Origin: an uncultured Clostridia bacterium
GTDB taxonomy: Bacteria > Bacillota > Clostridia > Oscillospirales > Ruminococcaceae
NCBI GenBank assembly: GCA_947624555.1
Contig: CANQKW010000006.1
Location: 4,206-68,205, forward strand
DNA: 64,000 bases
Reading direction: 5' to 3'
Below the pieces are notes generated by a model that was given only the letters and a program-made list of their open reading frames with translations, was not told where the DNA came from and did not search any database. The translations under genes and the position numbers were made by a program. This document shows positions 25,446 to 33,835 of the stretch, piece by piece. The first letter of the stretch is position 1. Each line of letters starts with the position of its first letter.

Positions 25446-26750
25446 ATGAACGATTACAACAATTTCGATCAGAATTATCAGCCTGTACCCTCACAGCCCT
25501 ACTCACAGGAACAGCAAAAGGCGCAAAAGAAGAAAAAACGCCGTACAACAGCGGCAGTAGCAGCGTCTATTGCGGCAGTGGTAATTGTAGCAGGCGGAGC
25601 AGGTTTCGGCGGAGCATATATTGCAAACAGAACAAGCTCTTCGATAACCTACGAAAGCACCGACGGCGAAAACAGCAATTCTTCGTCAGTGAAGGACACG
25701 CCTACTCTCAACGAAATGCAGCAGAATGTTTCCATAGAAACAAGCGACTCCAGGAGCGGTGAAATAGAGTTCAATTCAGACGGCACATACGCCTACACAC
25801 GCGATTTGGTAAGAGCAGTCAAGGACAGCATAGTTGCAATTTCAAACTATGTCGACAACGGCTATCAGACGGGTTATTCAAAGGGCAGCGGCATTGTCAT
25901 CTCCACAGACGGATATATTGTAACGAATAACCATATTATTGACGACGGAATAATAAACTGCGAGGTCACAGTCACCAAAACTGCCGACGACGGCACGGAA
26001 ACTAAAGAAACCTATGAGGCTAAGCTTGTCGGCACGGACGAAAGGACCGACCTTGCCGTTCTCAAAATAAATGCAAAGAACCTCACGGCGGCAAAACTCG
26101 GCGACTCGGATAAGGTTTCTCCCGGCGATGACGTGGTCATTATCGGCAACCCCATTCTTGTCGGCAGCGATGTACTGGAGCTTACGACTTCTGTCAGCAA
26201 GGGTGTTGTTTCGGGACTTAACAGAGAAATTTCCGCTACGGGACAGGGACTTACTTCAATTCAGACGGACGCTCCCATAAACGGCGGAAATTCCGGCGGA
26301 GCTATGTTTAACGGCTACGGCGAGGTCATCGGTATAGTTGACTTCAAGATAGTGTCCGAAAATGCCGAAAATTTAGGCTTTGGCATTACGATAAACGAGG
26401 CAAAGCAGGTAGTAGAAGATCTGATTTCAAAGGGATATGTTTCGGGACGTGCAATGCTGGGTATCGTTTATCAGAATATCACGCAAAGTACGGCGTATTT
26501 CAACGGAATGACCCCCGGTCTTTACGTAACGGAAATCAAGAACGATTATCCCGTTGCAACGAGCGGACTTGTGGTAGGAGATACGATAACTGAAATTGAC
26601 GGCGATTCTGTTCTGACAAATGATATTTCGACAATTCTTGCGAATAAAAAGCCCGGAGATAAGATAACTCTCACGGTTGTAAGAAACGACGGAATGCGTG
26701 AGCGCAAGGTAAATATCACCGTAGAACTTGGCGAGTACAAAGGCGATTAA
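25446..26750 (+). CDS. htrA: membrane-anchored trypsin-like serine protease with C-terminal PDZ (HtrA/DegP family)
   Basis: Catalytic triad context TNNHII, DLAVLKI and GNSGGAMF. One N-terminal TM segment and a PDZ-like C-terminus (GDTITEIDG). ATG at 25446 follows GAAAGGAAG. Confidence 0.85.
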   Translation: MNDYNNFDQNYQPVPSQPYSQEQQKAQKKKKRRTTAAVAASIAAVVIVAGGAGFGGAYIANRTSSSITYESTDGENSNSSSVKDTPTLNEMQQNVSIETSDSRSGEIEFNSDGTYAYTRDLVRAVKDSIVAISNYVDNGYQTGYSKGSGIVISTDGYIVTNNHIIDDGIINCEVTVTKTADDGTETKETYEAKLVGTDERTDLAVLKINAKNLTAAKLGDSDKVSPGDDVVIIGNPILVGSDVLELTTSVSKGVVSGLNREISATGQGLTSIQTDAPINGGNSGGAMFNGYGEVIGIVDFKIVSENAENLGFGITINEAKQVVEDLISKGYVSGRAMLGIVYQNITQSTAYFNGMTPGLYVTEIKNDYPVATSGLVVGDTITEIDGDSVLTNDISTILANKKPGDKITLTVVRNDGMRERKVNITVELGEYKGD

Positions 26751-26772
26751 AACCAGCTTTAAATAAAATCAA

Positions 26773-26796
26773 CCCCCGCTTAAAAGCGGGGGTTTT
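26773..26796. terminator. rho-independent terminator (usable from both strands)
   Basis: CCCCCGCT-TAAA-AGCGGGGG followed by TTTT on the + strand. The reverse complement is followed by TTGATTTTATTT. Confidence 0.7.
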
Positions 26797-26814
26797 GCGG
26801 TTTTATATACAGTT

Positions 26815-26851
26815 GCGACCCCCACTTTTAAGGTGAGGGTCGCTGCTTTTT
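26815..26851. terminator. second GC-rich hairpin in the convergent htrA/PFOR gap
   Basis: GCGACCC...GGGTCGC, followed by TGCTTTTT on the + strand. Its role is unclear. Confidence 0.35.
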
Positions 26852-26865
26852 AATTACAAAGCGAA

Positions 26866-29800
26866 TTACTTTTCAAACTCGTCCTTGTAAGCCTTATCAA
26901 GCTCAACAAGATGATCGTACTTAGCCTTGAAGTTAGCGACAGCCTTGTCGAAGAGCTTTTCAGCTCTCTCAGGATTAGCACGAACAAGAGAATTGTAACG
27001 AACTTCTCTCATCATAAATGCCTTTACATCGCCGGTAGGCTGCTTGCTGTCAAGACTGAACGGAGATTTGCCCTCAGCAGCAAGGTCGGGGTTGAAACGG
27101 AAGAGCTGCCAGTAACCTGCGTCAACAGCCTCTTTTTCAACCTGCTGTGCGATAGTCAGACCGCCCTTGATACCGTGGTTGATACAAGGAGCATAAGCGA
27201 TAATAAGCGAAGGTCCGTCATAAGCCTCTGCCTCTGCGATTGCCTTAAGGCACTGCGCTCTGTCTGCGCCCATAGCTATCTGTGCTACGTAAATGTAGCC
27301 GTAGCTCATAGCGATACCTGCAAGGTCTTTCTTCTTAACATCCTTACCGCCTGCAGCGAACTGTGCAACAGCGCCGATGTTGGTTGCCTTGGATGCCTGA
27401 CCGCCCGTGTTGGAGTAAACCTCGGTATCAAATACGAGAACGTTTACGTTTCTGCCCGATGCGAGTACGTGGTCAAGTCCGCCGTAGCCGATATCGTAAG
27501 CCCAACCGTCTCCGCCGAATATCCACTGGCTCTTCTTGGAGAGGTAACGCTTAAGTTTCAGTACTTCCTTTACAGCAGGCTCGTTGCTGCACTGACAATT
27601 CTCGAAAGCCTCAACAAGGTTCTTTGTAGCAACAGCGTTTGCCTTGCCGTCCTTTTCGGTCTTAAAGTACTCGTCAATAAGAGCCTTTGCCTTTTCATGA
27701 CCGTCAAGAGCAGCGATTTCCTTGAGCTTGCTCTGTGCTCTGTTTCTCAGAGTATCCTGTGCGAGGAACATACCCAGACCGAACTCTGCGTTATCCTCGA
27801 ACAACGAGTTGCCCCAAGCAGGACCGTGACCTGCCTTATTGGTGGTATAAGGAGTAGAAGGCTCAGAACCTGCCCAGATAGACGAGCAGCCTGTTGCGTT
27901 TGCGATATACATTCTGTCGCCGAACAGCTGTGTAACGAGCTTAGCGTAAGGAGTTTCTCCGCAGCCTGCGCAAGCGCCCGAGAATTCGAGCAGCGGCTGG
28001 TTGAACTGCGAGCCTTTAACTGTATTTTCAGCAAATTTAGCGTGAACTTCAGCCTTATCATCAACGTCCTTAACAGCGTAATCGAATACTTCCTGCTGTT
28101 CCATCTGAGTATCGAGAGGTTTCATAACGAGAGCGTTCTTGCTCTTGTCCTTTGCGCCTGCAGGGCAGACATTTGCACAAACGCCGCATCCTGTACAGTC
28201 AAGGACAGATATTGCCATAGAGAATTTAAGACCTGCAAGACCTGTAGCGTCCTTGCTCTTTGTTGCAGCAGGTGCCTTTGCAGCCTCGTCAGCGTTCATT
28301 ATAACGGGACGAATTACAGCGTGAGGACAAACGAAAGCGCACTGGTTACACTGGATACAGTTTTCGGGTATCCACTGAGGAACGTCAACGGCGATACCGC
28401 GCTTTTCAAATGCAGCAGAACCCTGGGGGAAAGTACCGTCCGCAATATCAACGAATGTCGAAACAGGGAGCTGGTCGCCTCTCTGTGCATTTACGGGAAC
28501 CTGAATTTTGTTTACGAAGTCGATAAGGAAACCGTCGCCGTCGAAGTGGAGCTGAGGAAGTTCGCCCACAGCATTTGCCCACGATGCGGGAACATCTACC
28601 TTGATAACCTCGCCTGCGCCTCTTTCGATAGCGGCGTAGTTCATATTAACTATATCGTCGCCCTTCTTGGCAAATGACTTGTAAGCAGCCTTCTTCATAT
28701 AATCTATTGCCTCGTTTGCAGGAATGATGTTTGCAATAGAGAAGAATGCAGACTGGAGAACGGTGTTTGTCTTGTTGCCCAGACCTATCTCCTTAGCTAC
28801 CTTGATAGCGTTGATGATATAGAAATTGATGTTGTTCTTGGCGATATAAGCCTTTACGGGAGCAGGGAGCTTTTCGTCAAGCTCGTCTACCGACCACTGG
28901 CAGTTCAAAAGGAACGAACCTCCGGGGATAACGTCCTGTACCATATCGTACTTATCAATGTAAGACGGGTTGTGGCAGGCAACGAAGTTTGCCTTATTGA
29001 TGAAGTAGGTGGACTTGATAGGAGTCTTACCGAAACGCAGGTGAGAAACGGTTACGCCGCCCGACTTCTTTGAGTCGTATGCGAAATAAGCCTGTGCATA
29101 CATATCGGTGTGGTCGCCGATGATCTTGATAGAGTTCTTGTTTGCACCGACAGTACCGTCCGAGCCAAGACCCCAGAACTTACAGCAGGTCGTGCCTTCG
29201 GGAGTAGTATTCGGGTTTTCGGTAACTTTGAGGGAGAGATTAGTAACATCGTCCTCGATGCCGACAGTAAATACGGGCTTTTCGGTGTTGTTGTAAACTG
29301 CGATAATATGAGAGGGGTTGCAGTCCTTTGAACCCAGACCATAACGTCCTGTGAATACGGGAACGCCCTGGAACGCGCCTTCTCTGTTGAGAGCGGCAAC
29401 AACGTCGAGGTAAAGCGGCTCGCCCATAGCGCCCGGCTCTTTGGTTCTGTCGAGAACGGTAATTTTCTTGACAGTTGACGGAATAGCCTCTACGAGAGCC
29501 TTAGAAACGAACGGTCTGTAAAGTCTTACCTTGACAAGACCTACCTTCTTGCCCTGTGCGAGCAAATAGTCGATAGTTTCCTCGATCGTATCGCATACAG
29601 AACCCATAGCGACGATAACCTGCTCTGCGTCGGGTGCGCCGTAGTAGTTGAACAGCTTGTAATTTGTGCCGATTTTAGCGTTTACCTTATCCATATATTC
29701 GGTAACGATAGCAGGAAGAGCGTTATAGTAAGAGTTTCCTGCCTCACGTCCCTGGAAGAAGATATCGGGGTTCTGAGCTGTACCGTGAAGTACGGGCTTT

Positions 29801-30432
29801 TCGGGGTTAAGCGCTCTGTCGCGGAATGCCTGGATAGAATCCCAGTCAACCATTTCGGCGAGGTCGTTATAATCCCATACCTCGATTTTCTGTATCTCGT
29901 GAGAGGTTCTGAAACCGTCGAAGAAGTGCAGGAAAGGCACTCTTCCCTTGATAGTTGCAAGGTGAGCAACAGCGCCGAGGTCCATAACCTCCTGAGGGTT
30001 AGTGGAGCAAAGCATTGCATAACCTGTCTGACGGCAAGCGTACACGTCGCTGTGGTCTCCGAAAATGGAAAGTGCATTTGAGGCAACGGCTCTTGCGGAA
30101 ACGTGGATTACCGAGGGGAGCAGCTCGCCTGCGATTTTATACATATTGGGTATCATCAGGAGAAGACCCTGTGATGCCGTGTAGGTAGTGGTAAGCGCAC
30201 CTGCGGAAAGCGAACCGTGAACTGCGCCTGCTGCGCCTGCCTCAGACTGCATTTCAACGACCTTTACGGTTTCTCCGAAGATATTCTTTCTTCCGCCTGT
30301 TGCCCAGGAATCTGTTACCTCCGCCATAACGGACGAAGGAGTGATGGGGTAAATTGCTGCTAAATCGGTAAACGCATATGATACGTGTCCTGCGGCGTTA
30401 TTACCGTCCATCGTTAGCTTTTGTCTTGCCAT
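26866..30432 (-). CDS. nifJ: pyruvate:ferredoxin (flavodoxin) oxidoreductase
   Basis: A ~1188-aa single-chain PFOR with two ferredoxin-type clusters (CIQCNQCAFVCPH, CTGCGVCANVCP) and the TPP site GGDGWAYDIGYGG. ATG at 30432 follows AAGGAGGAATAAACCA. Confidence 0.96.
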   Translation of the reverse strand: MARQKLTMDGNNAAGHVSYAFTDLAAIYPITPSSVMAEVTDSWATGGRKNIFGETVKVVEMQSEAGAAGAVHGSLSAGALTTTYTASQGLLLMIPNMYKIAGELLPSVIHVSARAVASNALSIFGDHSDVYACRQTGYAMLCSTNPQEVMDLGAVAHLATIKGRVPFLHFFDGFRTSHEIQKIEVWDYNDLAEMVDWDSIQAFRDRALNPEKPVLHGTAQNPDIFFQGREAGNSYYNALPAIVTEYMDKVNAKIGTNYKLFNYYGAPDAEQVIVAMGSVCDTIEETIDYLLAQGKKVGLVKVRLYRPFVSKALVEAIPSTVKKITVLDRTKEPGAMGEPLYLDVVAALNREGAFQGVPVFTGRYGLGSKDCNPSHIIAVYNNTEKPVFTVGIEDDVTNLSLKVTENPNTTPEGTTCCKFWGLGSDGTVGANKNSIKIIGDHTDMYAQAYFAYDSKKSGGVTVSHLRFGKTPIKSTYFINKANFVACHNPSYIDKYDMVQDVIPGGSFLLNCQWSVDELDEKLPAPVKAYIAKNNINFYIINAIKVAKEIGLGNKTNTVLQSAFFSIANIIPANEAIDYMKKAAYKSFAKKGDDIVNMNYAAIERGAGEVIKVDVPASWANAVGELPQLHFDGDGFLIDFVNKIQVPVNAQRGDQLPVSTFVDIADGTFPQGSAAFEKRGIAVDVPQWIPENCIQCNQCAFVCPHAVIRPVIMNADEAAKAPAATKSKDATGLAGLKFSMAISVLDCTGCGVCANVCPAGAKDKSKNALVMKPLDTQMEQQEVFDYAVKDVDDKAEVHAKFAENTVKGSQFNQPLLEFSGACAGCGETPYAKLVTQLFGDRMYIANATGCSSIWAGSEPSTPYTTNKAGHGPAWGNSLFEDNAEFGLGMFLAQDTLRNRAQSKLKEIAALDGHEKAKALIDEYFKTEKDGKANAVATKNLVEAFENCQCSNEPAVKEVLKLKRYLSKKSQWIFGGDGWAYDIGYGGLDHVLASGRNVNVLVFDTEVYSNTGGQASKATNIGAVAQFAAGGKDVKKKDLAGIAMSYGYIYVAQIAMGADRAQCLKAIAEAEAYDGPSLIIAYAPCINHGIKGGLTIAQQVEKEAVDAGYWQLFRFNPDLAAEGKSPFSLDSKQPTGDVKAFMMREVRYNSLVRANPERAEKLFDKAVANFKAKYDHLVELDKAYKDEFEK

Positions 30433-30458
30433 TGGTTTATTCCTCCTTATATCTTTGG

Positions 30459-30498
30459 GGACTTTGAAGATCGCCCGATTTTTCGGCATACAAAGTCC
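30459..30498 (-). promoter_or_regulatory. 5'-UTR stem-loop of the PFOR mRNA
   Basis: An 8-bp stem, GGACTTTG / CAAAGTCC, encloses a smaller hairpin. It lies between the predicted -10 and the RBS. Confidence 0.3.
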
Positions 30499-30514
30499 AC
30501 ATTTTTACCTATAT

Positions 30515-30543
30515 ATTGTACCACACTTTTTTCTGTTTTGCAA
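30515..30543 (-). promoter_or_regulatory. sigma-A-type promoter of nifJ
   Basis: Minus strand reads TTGCAA, a 17-nt spacer ending in TGG (extended -10), then TACAAT. An AT-rich tract lies upstream. Confidence 0.55.
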
Positions 30544-30630
30544 TACAGTTTTTATTTTTTATTTAAAATTTTGTTAATTTTTATGAAATATTTTACTTTG
30601 TTCCTCTTTCATCTTTTGAAAGAAAAAATC

Positions 30631-31105
30631 ACCGCACTGCAAGTGGGCACATTTTACTGTTCACTATTCACTGTGCACTGTAAACTGCCAAATCGGCTGG
30701 TTTTTGCGAAAAATTACTTTGTTTCTGCTGTCTTTATTGAAAGAAATATTTAGCTTGCGGCTGGTTTTTGCGCTTTCCAAGCGCAAAAATGGGGGAAAAC
30801 TCTTGTTTTCCCCCATGCCCCTTTAGCGCCTTTGAAACGTGTTTGTGGGGCGTCGCCCCACACCCCACCCGAGAAACTTTTTTGAAAAAAAGTTTCTCAG
30901 GACTCTTCAAAAAACTTTTAATAACCGCAACGCAGTTGCGGCACTTCTTACTGTGCACTATTCACTGTGCACTGCCGGCGCCCCACCCGAGAAACTTTTT
31001 TGAAAAAAAGTTTCTCAGGACTCTTCAAAAAACTTTTTGATAACTGCGCCGCAGGCGCAGCACTTCTTACTATTCACTATTCACTGTGCACTGTAAACTG
31101 TTCGC
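30631..31105. repeat. mosaic block of short palindromic (hairpin) modules, locus B
   Basis: Same module set as 3618-4290:
- GCGCTT-TCC-AAGCGC at 30770-30784.
- GGGGGAAAAC-TCTT-GTTTTCCCCC at 30791-30814.
- GTGGGGC-GTC-GCCCCAC at 30845-30861.
- GAGAAACTTTTTTGAAAAAAAGTTTCTC at 30871-30898 and 30989-31016.
- CCGCAAC-GCA-GTTGCGG (~30925-30941).
- CTGCGCC-GCA-GGCGCAG at 31044-31060. Confidence 0.85.
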
Positions 31106-31154
31106 CGCCGTCAAGTTTCTTCGCCTGTCCGCATATCATTTACAGGGTGATATT

Positions 31155-32210
31155 ATGAAAACTTTCCTTGCGGTATTTTTCTCATCTGCCGCCGCCATTT
31201 TCCTCCTCACTAATCCCGAAACAGCCTCAAACGCCGTTTCAGGCGCAATCGACGCCTGTCTTGAAGTGATAGTCCCCTCGCTGTTTGCTTTTTCGGCTCT
31301 TTCGGTCTTTTTGCAGAAAAGCGGCGCTTACCGCATTGTGCTGAAACCGTTTAACTCGCTTTTATCCAAAATTCTCCGAATGGACGAAGAACTTTGCGGA
31401 ATTTTTCTCCTGTCGAACATCGGCGGCTATCCTGTCGGCGTAAGTCTGCTAAGCTCTCTTGCAAAGGAAGAACGCCTTTCGCAAAACGACGCCGAAAGGC
31501 TGATGTGCTGCTGTTTCGGCAGCGGACCGTCCTTTATAATAGGTATCGTCGGAATAAGTGTTTTCGGCTCGGCTGCCGCAGGCGCTGTAATTTTTCTAAG
31601 CTGCTTTATTTCCTCTCTGATAATGGCTCTTCTCGTAAGAGCCAAAGGCGAAATCCGCCTCAAAAGCGCACAAAAAACGCTGTCGATAAATCCACAGACG
31701 TTCGTTCTGTCTGTGAACACGGCAGCAAAGGCTATGTTTTCCGTATGTGTAATGGTCATATGCTTTTCCGTGATAGCGGCTGCCTTAAACCAAGCCGGCG
31801 CAGCGGCGCTTTTTCGGGGATTTTTTACTCTTTTCGGAGCTGATGAAAACAGCGGACATATTTTTCCTGCTCTTCTTGAAGTGACACGGATAAAGGAAAT
31901 CGTTCCGACAAGGTTTGCTCTTCCGCTTTGTGCTGCTCTGCTGAGTTTTGGCGGCACTTGTGTTTTTTTGCAGACAGCGGCGCTTTCGGGCGGATTAAAG
32001 CTCGGCAAATTTCTCCTGTCAAGGATACCTGCCGCCGCTTTGAGTGCGGTTTTAGCCTTGATTTTGTCGTTTTTCCTGCCGCCGATAAGCGCCCATACTC
32101 TTTCGGGCACAATTGAAACGGTAAGCTTTTCAAAAAATTACGTACTTTCGCTCTGTACGCTTGCTATGAGCGGTATTCTTCTCTCGGCGGAAATTTTCCG
32201 CAAAGAATGA
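31155..32210 (+). CDS. ylbJ: YlbJ-like sporulation integral membrane protein (nucleoside-recognition domain family)
   Basis: Polytopic membrane protein with N-terminal ...AIDACLEVIVPSLFAFSALSVFL... and NIGGYPVG. Its neighbours are coaD and rsmD, as in the Bacillus ylbH-ylbI-ylbJ region. ATG at 31155. Confidence 0.7.
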   Translation: MKTFLAVFFSSAAAIFLLTNPETASNAVSGAIDACLEVIVPSLFAFSALSVFLQKSGAYRIVLKPFNSLLSKILRMDEELCGIFLLSNIGGYPVGVSLLSSLAKEERLSQNDAERLMCCCFGSGPSFIIGIVGISVFGSAAAGAVIFLSCFISSLIMALLVRAKGEIRLKSAQKTLSINPQTFVLSVNTAAKAMFSVCVMVICFSVIAAALNQAGAAALFRGFFTLFGADENSGHIFPALLEVTRIKEIVPTRFALPLCAALLSFGGTCVFLQTAALSGGLKLGKFLLSRIPAAALSAVLALILSFFLPPISAHTLSGTIETVSFSKNYVLSLCTLAMSGILLSAEIFRKE

Positions 32211-32211
32211 T

Positions 32212-32742
32212 TTACTCCTGCTCTTCCTTCGGCTTTTCGGGGGAAATCGGCGCCATCGGCTTTATCTGCGGCTGCGGCTGTATATTATTTGCGCCGTTTA
32301 TGCTCTTTCTGAGGAGCGAAAGGTCGCTCAGATCCTTTTTGAGCAGCTCTTCTATGCGCAAAAGCATTTTATCGGCAAAATCGTCCGTGGAAACTCTGAG
32401 ATCCGTACATCTTGCCTGCGCCGCACTGATAACTTCAGTCGCACGGCGGCGTGATTCTTTCATAATGTCCGACTCCTCGATAAGCTCACGGCGGCGCTGT
32501 TCAGCCTTGCGAATGATGTTTTCCGCCTCTTTTTCGGCGTCGTGTATGATACGGTTCTTGTCCTCGACAACTTTCTGTGCCTGCCGTATCTCTGTCGGCA
32601 GCACCAGCCTCATATCGCTGACAATATCGTTAAGCTTTGCCACGTCGACCATACTTTTCTTTCCAAAGGGGACCCGTGTAGCGTCGTGTATCAGATCCTC
32701 CAGCATTTCAATCAAATCTTCTATAGAATATGAATTTTGCAT
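32212..32742 (-). CDS. coiled-coil protein of unknown function
   Basis: A 176-aa highly charged helical protein (KVVEDKNRIIHDAEKEAENIIRKAEQRRRELIEE). It is the last gene of the uvrC-rsmD-coaD run. No specific family recognised. Confidence 0.5.
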   Translation of the reverse strand: MQNSYSIEDLIEMLEDLIHDATRVPFGKKSMVDVAKLNDIVSDMRLVLPTEIRQAQKVVEDKNRIIHDAEKEAENIIRKAEQRRRELIEESDIMKESRRRATEVISAAQARCTDLRVSTDDFADKMLLRIEELLKKDLSDLSLLRKSINGANNIQPQPQIKPMAPISPEKPKEEQE

Positions 32743-32744
32743 TT

Positions 32745-33275
32745 TTACCCCTCCGACAAATTCTTTTTCGCAAGAGCCTTCTTTTCATTAAACTCTTTTT
32801 TCAGCTTATTGCTTATTTCTTCGTGGATAACGGACGGCACATATTTCGACAAATCTCCGCCGAACATTGCCACCTGCTTTACCATACTCGACGAAACGAA
32901 TGTCGTGCCCAGCGATGCAGGCAAAAAAACCGTTTCTGCACGGGGATTTAAGTCTTTATTCGTATGAGCCATCTGAAATTCGTACTCAAAGTCCGATGTT
33001 GCACGCAGTCCTTTTACGATAACGTCAACGTCATCTCTCTGCTTGAAATAATCCGCAAGCAGCCCGTCATAGCTGTCGATTTCGATGTTTTTTATGCCCT
33101 CTGTTGCTTTTGTCAGCAAATTTCGCCGCTCGGGTATCGAAAAGCTGTACGTTTTAAGCGGATTTATCAAAACCACCACTATCAGCTTGTCAAACATACC
33201 CGACGCACGCTTTATAATATCAATATGACCGTTTGTAACGGGGTCGAAACTGCCGGGATATATTGCTGTTTTCAT
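32745..33275 (-). CDS. coaD: phosphopantetheine adenylyltransferase
   Basis: Begins MKTAIYPGSFDPVTNGHIDII. It also has a Lys-rich C-terminal tail. Confidence 0.93.
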   Translation of the reverse strand: MKTAIYPGSFDPVTNGHIDIIKRASGMFDKLIVVVLINPLKTYSFSIPERRNLLTKATEGIKNIEIDSYDGLLADYFKQRDDVDVIVKGLRATSDFEYEFQMAHTNKDLNPRAETVFLPASLGTTFVSSSMVKQVAMFGGDLSKYVPSVIHEEISNKLKKEFNEKKALAKKNLSEG

Positions 33276-33276
33276 A

Positions 33277-33834
33277 TTATTGCCCGTCCTTGTCCTCTAA
33301 AAATCTGTATATCGTCACGCCGACTATTCCGTGATTTAAAACTCTTTTTATCTCAAAATTTCCCACTTTTGCCGGAAGAACGCACTCCTTTTCGTGCTCA
33401 CAGACGATAATGCCTCTTTCGGACATTTTACCTGCAAGCTCAGGCAGAGCCTTCTGTATCAGCTTTTTCCCGTAAGGCGGGTCAAGAAAAGCGAGGTCGA
33501 ACGTCCTGTTTGTCAATTTAAGGAATGCGCCGAACGGCTTATTTACGACTTCGGACTGATCCGTAAAGCCTGTATTTCTGATATTCTCCCGAACAACTTT
33601 AAGCGACACGGGAGAACTGTCCGCAAAAGTGCAAAATTTTGCTCCTCTGCTTAACGCCTCGATGCCCAACTGACCGCTTCCTGCGAACAAATCAAGCACT
33701 TCTGCGTCCTCTATCTCGAACTGTATTGCGCTGAAAATCGCTTCCTTTACCTTTTGCGACGTCGGGCGGACAAGCTCTGTGCCCTCTGCCGTTATCAGCT
33801 TTTTTCCTCTTGCCAGACCTGTAATTACCTGCAT
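33277..33834 (-). CDS. rsmD: 16S rRNA (guanine966-N2)-methyltransferase
   Basis: Motifs RPTSQKVKEAIF, LDLFAGSGQLGIEALSRG and LDPPY. Confidence 0.9.
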   Translation of the reverse strand: MQVITGLARGKKLITAEGTELVRPTSQKVKEAIFSAIQFEIEDAEVLDLFAGSGQLGIEALSRGAKFCTFADSSPVSLKVVRENIRNTGFTDQSEVVNKPFGAFLKLTNRTFDLAFLDPPYGKKLIQKALPELAGKMSERGIIVCEHEKECVLPAKVGNFEIKRVLNHGIVGVTIYRFLEDKDGQ

Positions 33835-33835
33835 T

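Noticed and set aside
26911-28677. 588-aa + strand ORF
   Set aside because: It is antisense to the PFOR gene and its translation has no recognisable motifs. Long antisense ORFs recur opposite many genes here (5885-6787, 18357-19403, 34028-35146, 50415-51653, 60341-61519), so they look like a codon-composition by-product.
3618-31105. Idea that the two repeat blocks delimit a 27-kb mobile or genomic island
   Set aside because: The intervening genes are core functions (V-ATPase, relA, recJ, purB, cwlD, PFOR). There is no integrase, transposase or tRNA target, and gene orientation and content look chromosomal. The repeats are more likely dispersed intergenic elements.
30734-31158. ORFs 30734-30958 (-), 30768-31040 (+) and 30967-31158 (+)
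   Set aside because: They give the same repeat-derived pseudo-proteins (…KKSFSGLFKKL…) as at locus A. They are artefacts of the AT-palindrome modules.
32207-32791. 194-aa + strand Ser-rich ORF
   Set aside because: It is antisense to the coiled-coil gene 32212-32742. Its Ser/Phe/Cys-rich low-complexity translation mirrors the Glu/Lys/Arg-rich sense codons.
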